DNA of 64,000 bases from Ostrea edulis (taxonomy: Eukaryota), in the NCBI RefSeq assembly GCF_947568905.1, contig NC_079173.1, positions 3,720,001-3,784,000 on the forward strand. The letters run 5' to 3'. The stretch's first letter is position 1; each line of letters opens with the position of its first letter. Shown here in pieces: positions 60,701 to 64,000 of the stretch. Under the pieces are notes generated by a model that searched no databases, was not told where the DNA came from, and saw only the letters and a list, made by a program, of their open reading frames with translations. The translations under genes were made by a program, and so were the position numbers.

Positions 60701-62043
60701 TGTGGTATAGTAGCAGGTTACATGTGACTAGTGACTATGTGGTATATAGTAGCAGGTTATATGTGACTAGTGACTATGTGGTATATAGTAGCAGGTTCCA
60801 TGTGACTAGTGACTATGTGGTATATAGTAGCAGGTTATATGTGACTAGTGACTATGTGGTATATAGTAGCAGGTTCCATGTGACTAGTGACTATGTGGTA
60901 TATAGTAGCAGGTTACATGTGACTATTGATTATGTGGTATATAGTAGCAGGTTCCACGTGACTAGTGACTATGTGGTATATAGTAGCAGGTTACATGTGA
61001 CTATTGATTATGTGGTACAGTAGCAGGTTACATGTGACTTGTGACTATGTGGTATATAGTAGCAGGTTATATGTGACTGGTAATGACCTCTAGATTGTCA
61101 GATTTTGACTATAATAAATGCAATGTGGCTTTCTTTGTGATACGTGTGCACTAGCTTATACATATTCACTTTCATATATCTACAATCAATGAGTTTGTAC
61201 AAGATACAAGATATTTTATTGACCAATCAAGGGCCGCAGAAGGCATAGTTGACAAAAGAAGTATAATTTAAACATTATTTTTATAGAACCTCAACAATAT
61301 TGCTCACTACATAATCATAATCATGCATCACTGTCTCTATTGTTGATGATGAAATATCATTATACTTTTTTTTTGTACATTTGTACATTGTATATTTGAG
61401 ATAGATTGGCAGTGGATTGTACACAAATTTCAGACATTTTCATTGGTTGTTATACATGTACCTTCTGTTCTGACAGTTTTCATTGGTTAATGTACACATA
61501 CGATTATTCTGACAGTTTTCATTGGCTGTTATACATGTACCTACTGTTCTGACAGTTTTCATTGGTTACTGTACACATACGATTATTCTGACAGTTTTCA
61601 TTGGTTGTTATACATGTATCTTCTGTTCTGACAGTTTTCATTGGTTACTGTACACATACCTATATTCTGACAGTTTTTATTGGCTGCCATTCTTATCTTT
61701 CTAATAGTTTTCATTGCTTACTGAACCTACTATTCTAATCATTGGATGATGTGCCTTAGTAACTATTCTGATCATTGGATGATGTGCCTTAGTAACTATT
61801 CTGATCATTGGATGATGTGCCTTAGTAACGACTCTGATCATTGGATGATGTGCCTTAGTAACGACTCTGATCATTGGATGATGTGTCTTAGTAACTATTC
61901 TGATCATTGGATGAACAGCTTGAAGTAATGCCTACCTTTTGGTTACATGTTTCTTTGGCTGGAAATATTCACTTTCTTCGCTTTTCTTCACGTTCCAGTC
62001 ACACATCACTTCCTTGGGAGATGTTTCTTTTCTTATATCCAAC
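32117..62043 (-). CDS. MAP3K14: MAP3K14(NIK)/MAP3K8-like Ser/Thr kinase with N-terminal TAZ-like zinc finger; 19 coding exons in window, 5' end outside
   Basis: All kinase motifs are present in spliced exons: LGRGMFG, FCIKK, EDEIK, IHEDIKSDN, LADFG, GTPTHFSPE, KSDLWA, DRPTAKE. The pre-kinase segment and C-terminal domain resemble NIK; subdomains IX-XI resemble Tpl2. Intron phases are consistent across all 19 exons. Orthology between MAP3K14 and MAP3K8 is not resolved. Confidence 0.8.
32625..32960 (+). mobile_element. Helentron-like element, 5' part
   Basis: GGGCCACATTGCTCACCTGAG start followed by AAGGTCA repeats. Confidence 0.55.
33017..33275 (+). mobile_element. Meta-domain SINE-like element
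   Basis: Collinear with 12888-13110. Confidence 0.7.
33440..33555 (-). CDS. MAP3K14: Kinase gene exon: DKSIKVEVLKLDGKTFTTKLSYEYSNKSWKSFVEENFRM
   Basis: Acceptor atttcag|AT, donor ATG|gtattt, phase 1/0; resembles NIK NGVKVQIQSLNGE as I recall it. Confidence 0.85.
33583..33902. repeat. 46-bp then 56-bp tandem repeats containing a splice-acceptor copy
   Basis: All units share CTTTGTTACTTTKATCTGAAATRTTAAATA. Confidence 0.9.
34214..35405 (+). mobile_element. Kolobok-type element with a remnant accessory (KolX-like) ORF
   Basis: TTAA|AGACCGAG ... CTCGGTCT|TTAA; internal ORF 34795-35052 KKFWTMLSHRGVW...RDIMPHCV...QPYMGH. Confidence 0.6.
35620..35715. repeat. 32-bp repeat, 3 copies
   Basis: TATAAATAAACAGATCCGATATTATGGATAAT. 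Confidence 0.85.
36048..36168 (-). CDS. MAP3K14: Kinase gene exon: NLDPDASPGKEELQPSLTEEEEFECSLQLVLEKYVNTEIN
   Basis: Acceptor ttttgtag|AA, donor ATG|gttagt, phase 0/1. Confidence 0.8.
36185..36522. repeat. Compound repeat: 19-bp AACAGTTAAATTACATCAC units punctuated by GAGGTCTGATG
   Basis: Direct reading. Confidence 0.85.
36598..36650 (-). CDS. MAP3K14: Kinase gene exon: EKLIRDLSQHSEDPIQEL
   Basis: Acceptor gttacag|AG, donor TTG|gttagt, phase 1/0; needed to reconcile the phases of the flanking exons. Confidence 0.8.
37036..37570 (+). mobile_element. Helentron-like non-autonomous element
   Basis: AACAGAGGCCGTCATGGGCCACATCGCTCA start; GACAGACAGATGGACAG...AAAAGCTC end. Confidence 0.55.
37600..39491 (-). 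CDS. MAP3K14: Kinase gene large exon (about 630 codons), acidic, Ser/Pro-rich and probably disordered
   Basis: Within the 642-aa ORF; acceptor ttttctcag|A, donor ATG|gtgagt. The exact acceptor is ambiguous by 2 nt (see findings). Confidence 0.85.
39678..40138. repeat. 36-bp minisatellite, about 13 copies
   Basis: CAGCAGTATACAGTTATTGACTGGGTTGAAGGA core. Confidence 0.95.
40440..40591 (-). CDS. MAP3K14: Kinase subdomains X-XI: IATKPAPLEDIPKNIHQELWNLIQIGLEKKPQDRPTAKEMMQHAAFQFI
   Basis: Read by hand; acceptor tttatag|ATT in phase 0; donor at 40440 or 40444. Confidence 0.88.
40822..41400 (+). pseudogene. Tc1-like transposon 5' remnant with a decayed transposase N-terminus
   Basis: From 41142: (L)GRKSSELSEEVKNLIV...EIARLLNISESTL...NVENLP*NGRPRK, i.e. 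paired-like HTH and GRPR motif with stops; begins at a (TA)n tract. Confidence 0.7.
41564..41814 (-). CDS. MAP3K14: Kinase subdomains VIb-X: SDNILMREDGKEIVLADFG...GTPTHFSPE...GDPPWVKRYPSATAIHFL
   Basis: Acceptor ttttacag|CT, donor TTG|gtaaag, phase 1/0; contains DFG and SPE. Confidence 0.93.
42034..43310 (+). mobile_element. Helentron-like element with central AAGGTCA tandem repeats, containing a SINE
   Basis: CAAGAGGCCCATGGGCCAC start, several central repeat units, GACAG...TATGCCC...GGCATA end. Confidence 0.65.
42341..42637 (-). mobile_element. tRNA-derived Meta-type SINE
   Basis: Head GTAGCTCAGTGGTAGAGC...GAGTTTGAGCCCC and GCGTCACAGCAGGTGTTGG core. Confidence 0.7.
44194..44337 (-). CDS. 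MAP3K14: Kinase subdomains V-VIb: GGNLTDIIKAQ...LIYLEKKAVIHEDIK
   Basis: Acceptor ttttgtag|GA, donor AAT|gtaaga, phase 1/1. Confidence 0.93.
44690..44845. repeat. 26-bp minisatellite, about 6 copies
   Basis: TATAATTATATGTACATTGTATATCA. Confidence 0.9.
45427..45648. mobile_element. TACTGTA...TACAGTA MITE
   Basis: Inverted ends with TA flanks; inserted in a Helentron-like fragment at 45050-45770. Confidence 0.65.
45943..46072 (-). CDS. MAP3K14: Kinase subdomains III-V: IHISKYREDEIKIWSDLEHQNIVKFHGALRRKEKIYIISEFIS
   Basis: Acceptor gtcacag|ATT, donor CTG|gtagga, phase 0/1. Confidence 0.92.
46060..47095. repeat. 47/54-bp minisatellite, about 21 copies, overlapping a splice acceptor
   Basis: ATGTGAATCTGTGACACAATTATCRATATTATTCAGTAYCTATGTAA. 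Confidence 0.95.
47582..47719 (-). CDS. MAP3K14: Kinase subdomains I-II: GKLIIMGHRYQKDFQWVRLVHLGRGMFGNCHLASDYNTEYQFCIKK
   Basis: Read by hand; acceptor attacag|GG, donor AAG|gttaga, phase 0/0; contains the Gly-rich loop and catalytic Lys. Confidence 0.92.
47850..48062. repeat. Degenerate repeat of about 60 bp, 3-4 copies
   Basis: TCAAATGTTCMACATGTTAAAAATCTT recurs. Confidence 0.65.
48432..48571 (-). CDS. MAP3K14: Pre-kinase exon: GEVVYGYRDVLLEVIKYWEDLRQQYKTFGKLLQKSVKEEGVIYPDCK
   Basis: Acceptor tttacag|GG, donor AAA|gtaaga, phase 1/0. Confidence 0.87.
48660..49230 (-). mobile_element. Helentron-like element fragment
   Basis: TTGACCTTG repeats, GTCTGTTTGTCTG, terminal GGGGCATC hairpin arm. 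Confidence 0.5.
49375..49645. repeat. 40-bp minisatellite, 6-7 copies, overlapping a splice donor
   Basis: ACCTATCCCTGGGGACCTCTAATCATTAGAGAAACCTCWC. Confidence 0.95.
49630..50842 (-). CDS. MAP3K14: Large exon (404 codons) with a TAZ-like zinc finger and a Pro-rich repeat region
   Basis: Covers the 403-aa ORF; acceptor ctacag|AAT in phase 0, donor ATAG|gtgaga in phase 1. A weaker in-phase alternative donor lies at 49681. Confidence 0.85.
51141..51323 (-). CDS. MAP3K14: Exon: EDPPLNGRGPSRDLFTRSKG...QLSDFLGLLLNLDQ
   Basis: Acceptor tatttag|GAG, donor CAG|gtaacc, 183 nt, open, phase 0/0. Confidence 0.8.
51340..51545. repeat. Degenerate repeat of about 39 bp, 5 copies
   Basis: AATGTACATATCYGTGTACACRTACAGGAGTAYGAAATC. 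Confidence 0.8.
51735..51945. mobile_element. TACTGTA...TACAGTA MITE
   Basis: TACTGTAAATGTATTACATTTGGC versus the reverse complement TACTGTAAACGTATTATATTTGGC. Confidence 0.75.
52085..53455. repeat. Modular 28/32-bp satellite
   Basis: AAATAGAAAT(ACTC)ACACAGAAATAGTCCCAC. Confidence 0.95.
53597..53810. mobile_element. TACTGTA-type MITE
   Basis: TACTGTATATTGGGAAATATTCGCCCC start; repeated GGGCGAAAATAA near the end. Confidence 0.55.
54226..54269 (-). CDS. MAP3K14: Exon: VQRKKRSQRTGNEPD
   Basis: Acceptor tttaatag|TA, donor GAT|gtaagt, phase 1/0. Confidence 0.72.
54298..54428. repeat. GGGATTATATA degenerate repeat
   Basis: Direct reading. Confidence 0.8.
54458..54589 (-). CDS. MAP3K14: Exon: ENKFKEIQNFIGGLEIMLSAWIPKTMADNRHMCMKYQAAHTSVR
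   Basis: Acceptor tttacag|AA, donor GAG|gtatgt, phase 1/1. Confidence 0.78.
54640..55195. repeat. 25-bp minisatellite, about 22 copies
   Basis: ATAYTTAYATACACTACGTATTGGA. Confidence 0.95.
55347..55872. repeat. 42/43-bp minisatellite, about 12 copies
   Basis: CATCCTATACTTGTTCCTATTTCCCCTGCCAGCCTCCCCGATT. Confidence 0.95.
56018..56251 (-). CDS. MAP3K14: Exon: LKTDEKNLIQRDTIYETKE...WMTDLQENIELA
   Basis: Inside ORF 56001-56267; acceptor ttgtag|AA, donor CAG|gtgtgc, phase 1/1. Confidence 0.75.
56553..56668 (-). CDS. MAP3K14: Exon: SAEEHMGDLGNLVGELLSLASLPSLRDTTLSTECPFIR
   Basis: NAGNAG-type acceptor tttagcag|G, donor GAA|gtaatg, phase 2/1. Confidence 0.72.
56675..59145. repeat. 39/42-bp satellite, about 59 copies, abutting a splice acceptor
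   Basis: AATCTGTAATCACGTAACAA(TTA)TATAGAACTATYGTAATTC. Confidence 0.96.
59684..59890 (-). CDS. MAP3K14: Exon: TDYTENVNDGFGEDERKSFKP...SVRDHPPCRQ
   Basis: Read by hand; 207 nt, open, acceptor ttgttgaag|G, donor AAA|gtcagt, phase 2/2. Confidence 0.7.
59952..61082. repeat. 37/39-bp minisatellite, about 29 copies
   Basis: GTGACTATGTGGTA(TA)TAGTAGCAGGTTACATGTGACTA. Confidence 0.95.
61420..61915. repeat. Two adjacent arrays: degenerate about 40-bp (61420-61700) and 33-bp in 5 copies (61735-61912)
   Basis: TTCTGACAGTTTTCATTGG core; CTGATCATTGGATGATGTGCCTTAGTAACKAYT. Confidence 0.9.
61936..62043 (-). CDS. MAP3K14: Most upstream exon found: LDIRKETSPKEVMCDWNVKKSEESEYFQPKKHVTK
   Basis: Acceptor attgtag|G, donor AAG|gtaggc, phase 2/2. 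It is an internal exon, so the start codon is further upstream. Confidence 0.68.
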
Positions 62044-62289
62044 CTACAATATCATATGTATAGTCATTAACATACAGATAAAGAAGAGTGGAGAAAATGA
62101 CAAAAATCATTGTCGAAAGTGTAACCTGTGACCTTTCATCTGAGAAAGAAATTGTCAGATTTGAAGACAGGGCCGTTTTCAGTATTCAGTGGTTCTGGCC
62201 TCAAGACCATAAACTGAGAATATTCTTAAGTCTAAATTTCAAATCCTGCTAACTTTTGAAATAATTTTCATAAACAAATAAGATTTTCA

Positions 62290-62740
62290 GCAGTGGCAGA
62301 TTTAAAGGGGGGCGCAGCCGACGCGCGCCCCTGCCTAAAATTTTCAAATTCAAGGTAATTCGTGGTCTCTTGTTTACAAAAATGTAAACGATAAAAGAAG
62401 CAATTGATAATTTCTTCCACTCTCTGAGTAATAAATGACAAAAATTTTTGATTTATTGAATTACATGTACTTTTATTGGGAGAAATTACATTTTTTCCAA
62501 AAACCCTTAAAATTTGCATCATTTTCTTGATTTCCCACTATCAAAAATGACAGAAAATAGTAAAAATTGCTACATAGGAGACATATTTGAAGCCCTATAA
62601 AATCTGTAAAATCCAGGAGCATCCGGGGGCTTCCTGTATACCCACTGGGTGCATCAAGGCAGCCCCCTGCCCAGCTGCCTCATAAAGTTGCATCCACCCC
62701 CCCCCCCCCCAAACCGCAATTCCTGGATCCGCCCCTGTTC
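62290..62740 (-). mobile_element. MITE-like element, same family as 24713-25109
   Basis: CAGTGGCAGATTTAAAGGGGG ... AATTCCTGGATCCGCCCCTG. Confidence 0.65.
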
Positions 62741-63544
62741 AGTATATGTTTGCATTTAAATTTTTGATAAACCTTCAGTTTTTTTTAAACATCTGTTCTA
62801 GATAAATATCAAGATATAAGTAATCAAAATTTTGACTTAAGTCTATTCTCAATTTACGGTCTTGGGGCCAGGTCTGTCATCCACAACGAATCATTTACTT
62901 TCATACAATAAAGTTTTTTGCAATCAAACAAACTTTACATTAGAGAGAGGTTGAAGGATCCAGTATGTATAAACTTTATTCATGTTCATTGGTGATTTCA
63001 CATGTTCAGTTGTTTGATAATTTTCATAGGAAATGGTGGATGACTTTGGCAGCTATATAAATAAGTATCATAGTCATTTCAGTTTTTTTCTTATTCTCTC
63101 ATACATGTCTCTTGAAATACAATTTGGATTTCAAACTGAGAATTAAAAAATCCAATCAATAGAGATTCAATTAAAGCCCACAAAATTCTAAAACCTGAAA
63201 TTTACTTCTACAAAAGTTTTCATTATATATTTCACACGTCTTTCATTTTTAGATTTTTACTCGCTTGAAAACATGTTTTTTGCCGTGATTTCCTGTTGAT
63301 TGGCATACAGTCTGGCACTTAATTCATATAGACAAAAAAGGCATGTGACTACATTCATATCCTGTTCACAAAATCATGACAGCAATGTGAAAGAATCAAG
63401 TGTTTTGTAAATTAAAATACACATTTCGTAGCTTCCTTGTTTCAATGATCACCACCTACACTCACCCACAAGCCACCAATCTGTCATAAAAACACTATGT
63501 CTGAATCAGCATAATTTTATACTTCATGAAATGCATTGCTGTAT

Positions 63545-64000
63545 CAAACTGTTACCTGAAAGGGAGAAAATGCAACGGACCAGACCGGGATTCAAACCCG
63601 GGCCCCCTGAATCTCTAGTCAGGTGCTCTAGCTACCAACTGAGCTATCTGGCCACCGGCGATCGAATCCGGCTGACCGCTCCTCCCTCCTTTAATAAATG
63701 TCTTCACACTTGGAAGACATATCAACCCTGGATCTTTATCCCCTGGCAGGCATTTTCACCTGTCAGTTCCAGGGGCTGGTCTACCACAACAAATGTAACA
63801 GGAACCCGGGCCCCCTAAATCTCTAGTCAGGTGCTTTACCGAGATAACTGGTCACCGGTCATTGAACCCGGCTGACCGTTATACATTCCTCCCTCCTTAA
63901 ATGTCTTCACACTTGAAGGATTGTTTATCCCCTGGCAGGTATTTTCAAATGTCACTTCCACGGGCCTCAGCTACGACATCAAATGTAACAGGAAGGGAGA
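63545..64000 (-). mobile_element. Tandem tRNA-derived repeat, at least 2 units, runs off the window edge
   Basis: Two GCACCTGACTAGAGATT heads with the spacer repeated; matches 21645-21982. Confidence 0.75.

Overview
AT-rich, intron-rich, repeat-dense eukaryotic DNA. The repeat repertoire (tRNA-headed CORE/V/Meta-type SINEs, Helentron-like elements with AAGGTCA-rich central repeats, Penelope-like remnants) suggests a bivalve mollusc, probably an oyster; this is inference. Two minus-strand protein-coding genes can be assembled by hand with consistent GT-AG sites and intron phases. (1) TMEM19 is complete: 6 coding exons, 22713 to 5786, 324 aa. (2) A very large MAP3K14(NIK)/MAP3K8(Tpl2)-family kinase has 19 coding exons in the window (62043 to 32117, about 1857 codons). 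Its 5' end lies beyond the window. It carries a TAZ-type zinc finger upstream of the kinase domain and a NIK-like C-terminal domain. The rest is minisatellites, SINEs, LINE and Penelope fragments, Kolobok/Tc1/MITE/Helentron-type DNA elements and palindromes. The most notable observations are the TAZ-kinase fusion, minisatellites that sit on or copy the splice sites of the kinase gene and create arrays of decoy donors or acceptors, higher-order structure in a 6.6 kb intronic satellite, and a tandem tRNA-derived unit. Most long ORFs in the supplied track are artefacts of tandem repeats. There are no CRISPR arrays, rRNA genes or convincing true tRNA genes.
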